Shown: positions 41,850 through 54,379 of the stretch, in pieces
Layout: the number at the start of each line of letters is the position of its first letter
How positions within the stretch are numbered: position 1 is the first letter of the stretch
Origin: Octopus sinensis
Lineage: Eukaryota
Length of the DNA: 64,000 nt
Assembly (NCBI RefSeq): GCF_006345805.1
Contig: NC_043004.1
Location: 37,572,001-37,636,000 of the forward strand
Direction: 5' to 3'
Made by a program: the position numbers and the translations under genes
Notes under the pieces: model-generated
Databases searched by the model: none
Seen by the model: the letters and a program-made list of their open reading frames with translations, nothing else
Told to the model about the DNA's origin: nothing

Positions 41850-42002
41850 GCAACAACAATAATAGCAATGGTTTCACATTTTGCCACCAGGGTAGCAATT
41901 TTGGGGGAGTGGGTGAATTGATTACATCAACTGGTACTAATTTTATCGGCCCCAAAATGATGAAAGGTAAATTCGACTCGGCGGAATTTGAATAATAATA
42001 AT

Positions 42003-42059
<57 letters not shown>

Positions 42060-42064
42060 AATAA

Positions 42065-45061
42065 AACAGTATAAACCTAGCCGTCACTGAACTGATAGCC
42101 ACTGAATCAAAAAAAAGTGATATCACTGAGCTAAATAACCTAATATACGCAGCAGCCACTGCAGCCACAAAAGAAGCTGGATACTCACCCAAACCCGCCC
42201 AAACAGGAGTACCACCACCCAAACAAACCCTGTGGATAAATAACATCCAAAGCAAAATAAAAAAAATTAGAAAAGACCTGTCGATTCTTAATGAAATCAG
42301 CAAACAATCAACGCTACTGAGCAACAAAAAGAGAACAAAAATACTCCGCAAATATAACATCACAGAGAAAGATTTGCCTGAAATAAAAGAAAAGCTGAAG
42401 CAAGATATCCTTGCCAAAGCACAAAGGATCCGCCGGTACAAGAAACGCCAACGCTTCTTTGAAGAAAACAAAAAGTTCAACTCTAACCCCAAAAAGTTCT
42501 ACCAAGAACTGGGAAAAAAATAAAATAGAAGTCACTGCAGCACCAACGGCAGAAGAATTGGAAGAATTCTGGGAGAAATATGGTCGGCGAACGAACCACC
42601 AAAAAAAAGGAGTATCAGAATAACAAACTCGGCATCTGGACAACTTTGGACCCCCATAACAACTGAAGAGGTCACCCAGGCACTGCAAAGACTAAGCAAC
42701 TGGAAGGCACCTGGGCATGACAAGATCCCCAACTTCTGGTTGAAATATCTAACAGGAATGCACAAAAAGCTGGCTGAAAACTTTAACAAAGTACTAGCAG
42801 AGCCAGAGACAATGCCTGAATGGTTCACGAAGGGGAAAACCATCTTAATTCCCTAATCAAATGAAACAGAAAAACCAGAAAACTACAGACCAATAACCTG
42901 CCTCCCTACTATGTTCAAGGCATTTACTGCAGTGATATCACAAAGGCTGAACAAGCACCTGGACGAAAACAAACTGTTCCCAGAAGAGCAGAAAGGATGC
43001 CGCAAAGGCTCATATGGCTGTAAAGATCAACTAATGATTAATAAAGCCATAACTGAAGACAGCCACAGAAAGAAGAAAGGCCTCAGTATGGCCTGGATTG
43101 ACTACAAAAAGGCGTTTGATAGCATCCCCCACACATGGATCCTCGAAACACTAGCCATTAACAAAGTAGCACCAACAATCATAAAATTCATAGAGCACTC
43201 TATGAATAAATGGCAAACAGTCCTACACCTCCAAACAAAAGAGGGACTCATGAAAACCAAAGACATCCCCATTAGAAGAGGAATATTCCAGGGAGACACG
43301 CTCTCTCCACTCCTTTTCTGCTTGGCACTGTCACCTCTATCTGATATGCTAAATAGAACTGGATGCGGATATAAATGTACGGCAAAACGATCAGCCACCT
43401 TTTATATATGGATGACCTAAAACTATACGCTGCAAATGACAAACAGCTGGAAACACTATTAAAGACAGTTCATGGATTTACCAAAGAAATAGATATGAAA
43501 TTTGGATTAGAAAAATGCGCCAAAGTAACCCTGAAAAGAGGAAAACTAGTTAAGAGTAACAGCATCACACTAGATAAAACCAATGAAATAAAAGAATTAG
43601 ACCAAAGCCAAACTTACAAATACTTAGGAATCCATGAACTAGATAAGACACAACACACACAATGAAAGAGAAAATAAAAAAAAGAATATTATAGACGAGT
43701 TAGATCAATACTAAACACAGAGCTCAATGCTAAAAACAAGATAATAGGTATCAACACTTTAGCTGTCCCAGTTATAAGTTACAGCTACAATATCCTTAAC
43801 TGGACACGAAATGAACTGACCAAAATAGATAGGAAAACAAGAAAAATAATGACAGGATCTAGGATGCATCACCCAAAATCTGACATAGAAAGACTATATA
43901 TACAACGTATAGAAGGTGGTAGAGGCCTTATACAGCTGGAAAACTACTATAAAATAACCACCATAGGACTGCAAAAATATCTACTTCAGAAGGAAGGAAA
44001 ACTGATCCAGATAGCGGCAAAACACGAGCAAAACAAAAAACTGTTCTCAGTATTTAAGGAAGCTGACAAATACAAACAAGAAATCATACCACCTAATAAA
44101 CATGAAGAAGAAGAAGAAGATGAAGAAACAACAAAAGCTATAAAACAAATGAAATCCAAACTAAAAATAGAACAGCAACGAACCATGATAAAACGATGGC
44201 AAGAAAAGCCCCTTCATGGTATATACTGGACTAAACTAAACGCAAAAGAAATAGACAAAGAAAAATCCCAGCAATGGTTGAGAAGCTCAGGACTCAAAGC
44301 AGAAACAGAGGGATTTTTAATTGCAGCACAAGACCAGAGCCTCCCCACCAGAAATTACCAAAAACATGTAATGAAAAGAAATATTACAAGTAACTGCAGA
44401 ATATGTGGAGATGGACAAGAAACAATAAATCATATTATCTCTAGCTGCCCAGTCTTGGCTAAGAAGGAATATATTCACAGACATGACAGAGTTGGAACCT
44501 ACATACATTGGAAGCTATGCCAACATTATGGAATAACAACAGAAAAAAGATGGTATAGGCACACACCAGAAAAGGTCACAGAAAACGAGAAAGCAACCAT
44601 ACTCTGGGATATGCCGATACACACAGATAGAGAAATTAAGGCCAACAGACCAGCTATAGTTGTCAGAGATCATGAAGAAAAAAAATGCTTTCTAATTGAT
44701 GTATCAATACCGGCTGATGACAACGTGTCTCTAAAAGAAATGGAGAAACTCTCAAAATACAAAGACCTGGAAATAGAGGTAACTAGAATGTGGAATCTGA
44801 AAACAGAAACAATTCCTATCATAGTAGGTGCATTAGGCATGATAAAAAAATATTCAGACAAATACATAACAAAAACACAAGGACTTACAAACACATATAA
44901 CATACAGAAAATTGCACTACTAGGCACTGCACACATCCTACGCAGAACACTTTCCATACAATAACCATCAGAGCATCACAACAAATCACAGCACATACCC
45001 AAGGCACACAGAGCTGTGCTCGGTAGTGAAGTGAAAGCACGCTATAAAAATAAAACTACTG
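42065..45061 (+). mobile_element. R4/Dong-like RLE LINE, 5'-truncated and disrupted, between (AAT/AAC)n tracts
   Basis: RT (WIDYKKAFDS, GIFQGDTLSP, LYMDD), CCHC finger (CRICGDGQETINHIISSC) and RLE domain (ANRPAI...LIDVSIP); at least one stop and two frameshifts. Confidence 0.9.
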
Positions 45062-45062
45062 A

Positions 45063-45097
<35 letters not shown>

Positions 45098-45131
45098 AAT
45101 AATAATAGTAGTAGCAACAGCAGCAGCAGCT

Positions 45132-45198
<67 letters not shown>

Positions 45199-45256
45199 GG
45201 GGGTGATGGTGGTGGTGGTGGTGGTGATGGTCTAAGTAACATAGCAATAAACGTAC

Positions 45257-45338
45257 CTGTTGCTGTCACATCTCCTTTGAACTTCCCACACAGGTCTCTG
45301 ACAATGGCATAGCCAATCCCTTTGTTACTCCCTGTTAC
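45257..45338 (-). CDS. CBR1: CBR exon 2 (VTGSNKGIGYAIVRDLCGKFKGDVTAT)
   Basis: Rossmann TGxxxGIG motif; CTCATCAG acceptor, GTACGT donor, phase 0/1. Confidence 0.95.
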
Positions 45339-45573
45339 CTGATGAGGAGGCAAATTGAAAAATTATTAAATGTAAAAAATCGGTGTGGTAAGTATAATTT
45401 TAGCATTACTAAATACATCTGCAGATATGGAAACGCACAGTTACAATGCTTCCGTACACTGTGCCGATGTACCGACATGAGAAATTATTAAAGTGGCGGA
45501 AGGGTAAATATAACAGATAGAGCTCCATATTTTAAACGTTATCGTGTATTGTTCTTATTGTGGGCAAGCGGGA

Positions 45574-45616
<43 letters not shown>

Positions 45617-45859
45617 TGTGAAAGGGAGAGAGTATTTCTTTATGCACCATAAGGTTGAGAAAAAGAGGGGACAAAACAAACGTTGGGGTCAGGGTATCGA
45701 ATGAGACGAAACGTATGAATAAACAAACAATTAAAATATATACAATTAAATAAGAATGAGTGAATAACAAAAAATGAAGCGGGGGACGCGGTCGACACCA
45801 TAAACCACATACTCACACTGAAGACTTTGCTTTCTCCTTTTTTACATTCTCGATTAAAC

Positions 45860-48800
45860 AGGTTCTTTCACTCGCAACATACTTGCTATATACTTCCATC
45901 TTTTACGAAACACACTTTGCGACAAGCATTTCTTCTCCAGCCTTATTTTCCGTTTCATGTGGAAAACGAAAAAGTCAATTAGCTCAAAACTGGAGATGAA
46001 CATGCCTGTTGCAATTCCTTTTACTCTCGTCTTCCATACTACTTATTTCGCCCCAGCAACTACCGAGAGAAAACTGGTTCGCTCCTCCCTATTCAGGGAG
46101 GTCGGCGGAACGATCTTAATTACAGATTCGCTCGACGGTTGTACTCTTCTCGAATGCGACAGCAGGTGTTCGACATAAGCCCAGAGTTCAGTCACCTTCG
46201 GGCATTGCACAATCGCGTGCAGGACAGTTTCACTGTCCCTCTCACATCTTGCACAAACCGGCGAAGGTGCACACCCATGTCTAAAGAGCTTATCTCGAAC
46301 CGGTAAAGCTCCTCTGTAACATTGCCAGGCCAGGGACTTTTGGTAATTATCCCCGGACCGAATGTTCTTTGGAACAGGCTGGCTAGTTCATTTTCGTCGA
46401 AGCCCAGGGTTTCTCCCAGGACGTCGTCACACTTAAACTCTACTAACCCTCTATAGAAGAACGAGGTAGTACCCCCGCCACCGGCGTTGCCCGACTGGGA
46501 GAGAGGCATGAGTGCCTGATGGCACTCTACATGCCACATGCCCAACCTCGGTCTACACTTGATCCATGGATTCAGTTTGGTAAACGATGTGAACTGTGGA
46601 AATAACAGCTTGACGAACGGAGACCACACCTGCTCACCGTCCAGGTAAAGCCAGAGGTACCTAAGCCTGAGCGCATGTCTGCACATTTTTAGCCACGGCA
46701 TCCCTAACCCACCCTTCAGCGGCTTTTTGCAGCAAATAGAGTGCCTTACAAGAGGTCTGCTGCCCCTCCACAAAAAGCGAAAGAGCATACGTTCCAGCTT
46801 GTTCAGCCACGAATCGGGGCAAGGTACGACGGTCAGGCGGTAAGTGATTACAGAGGCGATAAACACCTCTGCAACCTCCGCCCTCCCTTTCAAGGACAGC
46901 CCCCGCTCAGACCAGGTCTGAGTTAGGAAAGCCACCTTTCTCGCCACCTCGCTCCAATTTTTCTCTATCTGGAGATCTGGACCTAACCAGATTCCAAGCA
47001 TTTTCACCGGCCCTTCCGTCCAACGTCCTACGACGCTGTCGGAATACATCGACTTGCCCCTCCAGGTGCCGAGTTGCAAGCCGACCGATTTATCCCGGTT
47101 GACTTTCGCTTCTGCCACCGCTTCGTAGTCCCTTAAGGCCTCACCCACCCACTGTAGGTGCTCGACTCGGGATACGATGACGGTGATGTCATCCGCATAC
47201 GCCGAAGCTGACTTTCCGCACCCTAGATCTTGCGGAGTGCCCCTCATAGTTTCCAACCTCCTCAGCAACGGCTCGAGGGCCAAAACATAGAGAAGCGGGG
47301 AGAGAGTACACCCTTGACGTACCGAACGTTCAATGCGGAACGGCTCCGAAAAGAAGCCATTCACCCGAACTACCGATTCGATGTTGCTGTATAAAGTGTT
47401 GATCCATCCGCGGAAGGTCGGGCCGAAGCCAGCCGCCGTGAGGACGGCCGCCAGATACTGATGGTCCACCCTATCGGACGCTTTCGATTGGTCCAAGTGG
47501 ACCATAGCCCCACCCTTGCCAGGAATCATATTTACCCTTTCTAAGGCATAGCGTAGAAAGTGGAGATTGTCGTGGATGGTCCTTCCAGGGGTGGCACAAG
47601 TTTGCGCCTCGCCAACAAGTTCACCCATGACCCGCGCCAACCTTTTTGCTAAGACCTTGGCCAAAATCTTCAACTCTGCGTTAAGCAGAGTGATGGGTCG
47701 AAAATTATCAATTAAATCCCCCTTGTTTGGGTCCTTTCTTAACAGCGCTACCACCCTTCGGCTCACAGACTTAGGAATTCTCCCGTTCTGCTGCCAGTTG
47801 GTGTACACGCATGCAAGTAGGTGCCCAAACAAGTCTGGCATGCTACTATACAGTTCGTAAGGCAGACCATCGAGTCCCGGCGATTTGTCCCCGCCGCAGT
47901 CTGCCAACACATCCTCGACTTCTTTGGCTGTGATCGGCGCCTCACAAGATTCCGCATCCGGCTTCGATAGACGCGGCGAACAGGCTAGGAAGTCTGCGAG
48001 CTTCTCCCCGCACTCCGGTCCGCCGCTCCTCCCGAATAGCTGGGCGAAATGATCGTGAAACATCTTGCACATCTCCTCGGGTTCGTTTACTAATCGACCA
48101 TTTGGGCCCGTCAAAAATCGAATGGTTGAGTTGTTGCCACGCCGGCCTTCTACCACCCGGGCCCATCCGGCTGCGTTGATCCCTTCCTGTCTCATTGCAC
48201 GGATCTTAGCCCTGACAATGCACCCTTCATGTTTAGCTTTGAGATGTTGGTCGAGTGCCAACCTCGCCGCTAACTCTTTCGATGCACCGCCTGACCTCAT
48301 TGCCTCATCTATTGCCTTAACTAGTTCCTTTTCTACTTTGTTTCTAGCACTAGTTAATTCTTTGCTAAACCTAATTGACTCATATTTGATGGCTCTTTTC
48401 AGGGCGTACCACCATTTGTTGTTGATAATGGATCCGGTTAACGCCCTCATTACTAATTGTTTAATCCGCTTCCTGTAGGCTTCACAGTCCAATAGTTACT
48501 TGTTTAGCTTCCAGTAACCGGTACCTCGTCTACACATGCTATCTATATCGGGCGTGCAGGTCACTAATTTGTGATCGCTGTAGCTGACGATATGGTGTTG
48601 TGGACAGCTAAGTATTTTCTTATCATTCCTTCTAGTTATGATTCTATCTATGTAAGATCTGGACGACCCGTCGTTTCTTGCCCAGGTCCACGCTGGAGTG
48701 TCTGGGTTGTCCAGTCTGAATCGATCTGCCAATTCGAAAGGACTTAGCAGATCGTTGAGGTGAGGTAATCCCTTCCTATTCTTTCTCGAGCCAACATAAT

Positions 48801-49250
48801 CTACGCGTGCATCGCAAATTATGTTGAAGTCACCTAGCAATACTAACGTGTTCGACGTGCCAAGAAAATTTTCTAGGCTTTTGAAGTACTCTTTCTGCCC
48901 GGATTTCCCTTCGCAGGGAGCATAGACAGCGACCAGCCTGAACACTTTACCACTGCTGTGCGTCACATCCAAAACGACCAACCTGTCTTCCGGATCTATA
49001 AAGATAGTTCTAATCTCTAAATCCAGGTTTTTCCTGACCAGCACTGCCACTCCTCCGCCCCCTCCAGGTCGACAGGGAGAAACGTATTTCTCGTAGCCGT
49101 TTAGAAGGGGCGAAAAAGCCTGCAGCCCACTCAGTCTAGATTCGGTAATTACCACTACATCCAAACGATGTAGGTCGTTAAGGAGGTAGCCTTGCTTCCA
49201 ATACGACCCCAGGCCGCGAATATTTATACAACCGAGTTTAAACGAGAATG
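45860..49250 (-). pseudogene. Tx1 ORF2 (AP endonuclease, RT, CCHC), disabled
   Basis: In-frame TAA at 48493-48495, frameshift near 46350 and a later stop; motifs LGDFN, SDHKLV, AYADD and CARC..H....C. Confidence 0.9.
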
Positions 49251-49595
49251 TGAAAAATTAGTCGAATGTTTAAAACTTACTGTTTTAACGGAAGAGAGGG
49301 TGTAGTTTCACCCTCCTCTTTTCTGTCTGTGAGTGTTGTGTTTTGCGAGGTCATTTTTTTCGCGAATTGCCTGTACAGATGGCTCGAAAAGTTCATCTGT
49401 AACGGGCTGACGTCCTCCGCAAAAGATTTTTTAGTTCAAAATAGTCAGAGTTATCTATAGTATAAAATTCTACATTTTCAGAAATAGTATTATTTACATC
49501 TGTTACGATATATTTTTTCGCCGATTTCATTAAAATAATTTTTTCTCTTAATAGTTTATTATTTTTATTTATCGCCGTGAAGGTGTTTCTTTTTT

Positions 49596-50888
49596 TTATG
49601 TTAGGCGATTGTGGAGGGATGTGTGTGCTTGTAGAAGCGTGGGTGTTTGTAGGTGTGTGTGTGTGCTTGTGGTAGGTGTGTGTGTGTTTGTGTGTGCTTT
49701 TTCCAGCGTGTGTGTTTTTTTGGCTACGTGTGTGTTTGCGACTGTATTTGTGATTGTGGATGTACTTGTCTGTCTCGGAGCATAGTCCTGTGTATCCGAA
49801 GAGGGTGGATTTTTCCGTTTCCGTCTTCTTTTTGTAGGTTCTATGATGACCCGCTCCTGGATGTTGTTGTTGTTGTTGTCGTCGTCGTCGTTGTTGTTGT
49901 TGTTTTCTCCCGCTGTCGACTGAACTTCGGCAATTGGGATGCGCGACGTGGCTGCTATTTCTAGCAGTGTGGTTGTTGTCTTCAGCGTCGTGCTTGCCTC
50001 TTCTGCAGCATTTTCTTTTGCAGTCTTCTTCTTACAGCTCGACCTTATGTGGCCTTTCCCGCCACATTTGTAACACCTGGGCTTTCTCCCCTCGACTATT
50101 AACATCAAGCTGGTATTTTCTCCAATGGTGAGGGAACTGGGCAATTTTTCTAAGTCAGAGGGGTTGGCTTGGATCACAAGCTCTAAATCCTGTCCAAACC
50201 AGTTCATGTGGTGATATCTCTTAGACTGAAGAATGGCAATTTCTTCCTCTTTGCCAAAGAGAATCGCTGCTATGACAAAGGCCACATCTATTTCGGGTGG
50301 AATATCTGTGACCGTTATTTTCGATGTTCTCTTCCCTAAATAAGTTGGGAGGAGAACTACATCTTCCGACTTCAACGTTCTTGTTGAATGTTCCCTAGCT
50401 TTTTCTTCGCTAGGGAAACGCACATCTACAGTGCCGAAGCGACTACCCCTCGTTATATACCTAGTTTGTTGCCATATCGGCCTCAAACATTTTTCTATGG
50501 CTTCCCTCGGCACAAAGTCAATTTTCCTATTTTTCACATTATATGTTTTGTATATTACAGTCTTCCTCTCCGTCGCGTAAATTAATTCACTGGGAGGGAG
50601 CAACTTCACATTATCACCTTCTTTTTTTAATAAACTTTGGTACTTCTTTAATTCTTCCTTGTTTATAACTATATTATCACAGGGGCGAGTTGCTGCACTC
50701 GCAAAATTTATTTTTGACTTTTCCTGTTGTGTAGTAGCTTTGCTAGACATCTTGTCGTCTGCTTTTGTAACGCTCGCGTGAGACGCCTCTTTACTTTCAC
50801 CTTCCTCCTCCCACGTATTCGCCTTCATGCCTTCAAACAAATTTTCAACGTTTTGCTCCGACTCGGAAGAAATAGGTGGCAAATTCAT
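49596..50888 (-). CDS. Tx1 ORF1 (gag-like, CYKCGGKGHIRSSC knuckle); the true end probably lies near 49277 through A-run frameshifts
   Basis: ATG at 50888. The shifted continuation FTAINKNN matches LTAINTNN of the 16.2-16.5 kb copy. Confidence 0.8.
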   Translation of the reverse strand: MNLPPISSESEQNVENLFEGMKANTWEEEGESKEASHASVTKADDKMSSKATTQQEKSKINFASAATRPCDNIVINKEELKKYQSLLKKEGDNVKLLPPSELIYATERKTVIYKTYNVKNRKIDFVPREAIEKCLRPIWQQTRYITRGSRFGTVDVRFPSEEKAREHSTRTLKSEDVVLLPTYLGKRTSKITVTDIPPEIDVAFVIAAILFGKEEEIAILQSKRYHHMNWFGQDLELVIQANPSDLEKLPSSLTIGENTSLMLIVEGRKPRCYKCGGKGHIRSSCKKKTAKENAAEEASTTLKTTTTLLEIAATSRIPIAEVQSTAGENNNNNDDDDNNNNNIQERVIIEPTKRRRKRKNPPSSDTQDYAPRQTSTSTITNTVANTHVAKKTHTLEKAHTNTHTPTTSTHTHLQTPTLLQAHTSLHNRLT

Positions 50889-51047
50889 GTTTTTCGCCGC
50901 TTCCCCCTTGAAACAAGGGGCAAGAACAGCAAAATTCTGCTGCAACAGCAGAAAAGAAGTGGTCTCGACGACCAAAACAGCAAATTTTCAAACTTTTCAG
51001 CACAAAAACAATATTTCACTGCGGAGCAAAGAATAACACGACCGATC

Positions 51048-51163
<116 letters not shown>

Positions 51164-51621
51164 TGAGAGGGAGAGAGAACGTAAGGAGTATGATACGGTT
51201 TCAAAACAATGTACTCGCTAACAAACATTGAAATAGAAATGCTTTATAGTGAGTCAAGCAAGTTGAAGCAAAGGCAGTCGATTGACAAAATCGTAAGAGC
51301 GACGAAGAAATATCCTGCAGTTAATTGCTCTGGCTCTTTGATCCCAAGTTCTCAGTCCTTCCAGGATCGATAATTAAGCGTCGATAAATAAGCTGAAAGA
51401 GTGAAGGAAGAAAATGGCTGAAAAATTTAAAGGGAGCGAGACGCACTTTATGATGTGGATCCATTCAGGAGTGTTTAAAATTCGTACTCTAGAGTATGCG
51501 TGTACATATGTCGAGTTCTAGAGTATGCGTGTACAATGTCGAGTTCATTTTCCTTAATTTCTAATCTTTTATTTGTTTCTATTATTACACTGCAGAGCAC
51601 CGCTTTGAAGAAGGTTTAGTC

Positions 51622-52174
51622 CAGTGGTTCCCACTGGGGTCCATATAGCTCCTGAGAGTCCATATAAGATTGTTGAGGATCTACGCAACAAAATAGGAAA
51701 TTGGGGCTCCATAACAGTATTTTAAGGGCACCTGAAAAAAACTTTGCTTTAGATATATGTATTGCAAGAAACAGCTAGGTTTCTTCCTCCAGCATTTTAC
51801 ATGGTTAAGGCAGCGAGCTGGCAGAAACGTTAGCACGCCGAGCGAAATGTTTAGCAGTATTTCGTCTGTCTTTGTTCTGAGTTCAAATTCCGCTGAGGTC
51901 GACTTTGCCTTTCATCCTTTCGGAGTCGATAAATTAAGTATCAGTTACATACTGGAGTCGATCTAATCGACTGCCTCCCTTTTCCCAAAATTTCGGGCCC
52001 TATGCTTAGAGTAGAAAAGAATATTTTACATGGTTGAACTTAAACAAACTAGAAATTTTGGAAGAAGCTTCTATAAAACTAGTTTTTAACATCGAATGGC
52101 TTGGGGGGGGGGCACCAGAATAAAATAGTAATCAAAGGAGTCCATAGATAAAAAAAAGCGGTTGAGAAACCCTG
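51622..52174. mobile_element. hAT MITE with nested SINE B (about 51795-52022)
   Basis: CAGTGGTTC...GAAACCCTG ends; perfect 8-bp TSD GTTTAGTC. Confidence 0.85.
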
Positions 52175-52293
52175 GTTTAGTCGAGGAAATCAACTCCAGT
52201 ATGTATTTTAAAACCTGGTACCCTATTTGAATGAATAAATTTGTGTGAATTGAAGAAAATGCCTATGAGAAATAACTTTATCAGATGACTTAC

Positions 52294-52311
52294 CACTGCG
52301 ACTTGTACCAT
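52294..52311 (-). CDS. CBR1: CBR exon 1, coding part (MVQVAV)
   Basis: ATG GTA CAA GTC GCA GTG|GTAAGT; phase 0; completes the VAVVTG N-terminus. Confidence 0.8.
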
Positions 52312-52699
52312 TCCGAATGCTTCGAGTTGTGTTCTGTCAATGAACTTTAATCTAACACATTACACACACACACACAGATATATATATGTACTACATTTTT
52401 TTGGCTGAGGTGTATGCATAGGTGGGTGAGAAGACCTAGATATAATATTGCTTGGAAGTTATCTTACTGACGAGTAGTAATTCATTATGCAACACTATCA
52501 TCTCACTGCTCCCTCTCTTTCTCACCCCACCCCTCTCTCTCTCTCTCTCTTTCTCTTCCCACTTCTCTCGGAATCATACGCTCATCTAGCATCAATTCGT
52601 CATCTCCTTTTCATTTAGTGCGAAGAGAGTAACAAGCAACTTGCATTGTCGCGGTGACTATCGTGCACTCAACAACTACATAATGCCCGACACTTACTC

Positions 52700-53530
52700 C
52701 ATACCTCACACAATATTTCCTGCTCGCTTAATGGAGCTCACATGTTCTCTAGAAATCAATCTGGTGTGTGCCTATAACTAGATACCAGTTGAGCCTGCTG
52801 ATATTCCGAAAACAGCTATCACCACGCCTTTCGAATTGTTTGACCTTTTGCGAATACCTTTCGGCCTGTGCATCGCCGCGCAGGCATTCCAGCGCTTCAT
52901 CGATACCGTCACACGTGGTTTTCTTTTCGTCTACCCTTATATAGATGATTTATTGGTGGTGAATGATCCCAAAGTGGAATATGAAATGCATCTATATCTG
53001 ATTTCCCAGCGATTAACGCTGCTGTTCCTCAGTCACGTTGTGCATAAGGATGGAATTCAACTTCCTGAAAGGAGGAATCTATAGTAAATGTTCCTATGCC
53101 CATATCTCCCCCGGAAACTGCGTTAGTTTCTAGGATTGATAAGGTTTTACTAGCGATCCTTTGTTCACTGTGCTAAAGCGGCTCAACCACACACAGATCG
53201 CCTCCATCACAAAACAAAGTAAAATCATACTATAGCATTAGATCAAACGAAGTTTGACTCTTTCGTTGAACTAAAGGACATGTTAGTTAAGGCTATGATT
53301 CTAGTATATACCAAACCTGGCGCTCCCCTTTGATTACTGGTAGATGTGTCCCATGTCAGAGTAGGAGGTGTAATACAGCAATTAGTTGACGCAGTTTGGC
53401 AACCCTTATCCTTCTTTTCGAAGTGACTACAACATGCGGAAACTGAATATAATACTTTCGGGCGTGAATTATTAGAAATGTACCTGTTTGTCATACATCT
53501 TCGCCACATGCTAGAAGGGTCAACTAAAAA
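52700..53530 (+). mobile_element. Degenerate Gypsy RT/RNase H fragment
   Basis: KTAITTPF, PFGLCIAAQAFQRF, PYIDDLL and YNTFGRELL. Confidence 0.85.
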
Positions 53531-53889
53531 CGTAACAAATATTTTTCTTTTCCATGTTGATTACTACACTGTCTCACAGGGTTTGAATAGTTTAACCGTA
53601 ACAACTTGTTACATATATATAGATAACTTTTTATATATTTAATTTCATCTCAGTTTTAAAAGCGCGTTGCAAAATTTTGAATCATATTTTGTTGAACTCC
53701 TGGCCTTGTGAGTATATTAGAAAAGTAACCCGTTTATCTATTTGCGAGAATTGTTATAACCTTAAATGTAAAACAGAAGTATATATGCAACATACCAGTA
53801 AACAAGATTATTTAATAAACAGAGTTCTAGGCATGTCTACGCATATATAAGGTAGAACATATATGCACACTCACGTACATATGTGTGTA

Positions 53890-54375
53890 CAGGTCATCCC
53901 ATAAGTTCTGTCCGAATTTTGAATAAAGATAACAATTGATCAAATGTTATATTTAATTGAAATTTAATCATCAATGTACCTTCTCTGATTATCTATGACG
54001 TTCTTCCATCTATTTACAAGCTTTTTAATCGCATCAATGTAAGACTCTTTTTGTTTTAAAGCGAAGAACTCTGAAATGTCAGTTTCGACCTCCTCCTGGC
54101 TTACGAAAGTTATGTCCCCCAAATGATTCTGTAAACTACGAAACAAATGGTAGTCTGAAGGAGCAAGGTCGGGAGAATAAGGTGGATGAGGAATTTTTCC
54201 AAACAAAGCTTTTCAATCTTCTGTGATGTGATCTTTGCAGTGTGGGGTCGCGCATTGTCCTGATGAAACATCACTCCTTTTCGATTCACTAAAGCAGGTC
54301 TTTTTTTCTTCAAAGTTTGGTTCAAACGCTCTAATTGCTGACAGTAGACTTGAGCATTGATTGTTGCATTAGGTT
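53890..54375 (-). mobile_element. Mariner 3' fragment
   Basis: FHQDNARPH and HPPYSPDLAPSDYHLFRSL; terminal TIR preceded by TA. Confidence 0.9.
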
Positions 54376-54379
54376 ATAA

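Noticed and set aside
41629-42492. 287-aa minus ORF with poly-C and poly-L runs
   Set aside because: Antisense of the Dong-like LINE plus trinucleotide microsatellites.
45042-45353. ORF MPPHQVTGSNKG as the CBR start
   Set aside because: The TTG start lies in the acceptor tract; a true ATG exon was found at 52294-52311.
45800-45900. Donor-like CAGT|GTGAGT as a CBR 5' exon
   Set aside because: It lies in the ORF2 end and 3'UTR of the Tx1 LINE.
51484-51546. ~29-bp tandem duplication in CBR intron 1
   Set aside because: Two copies only; ordinary slippage duplication.
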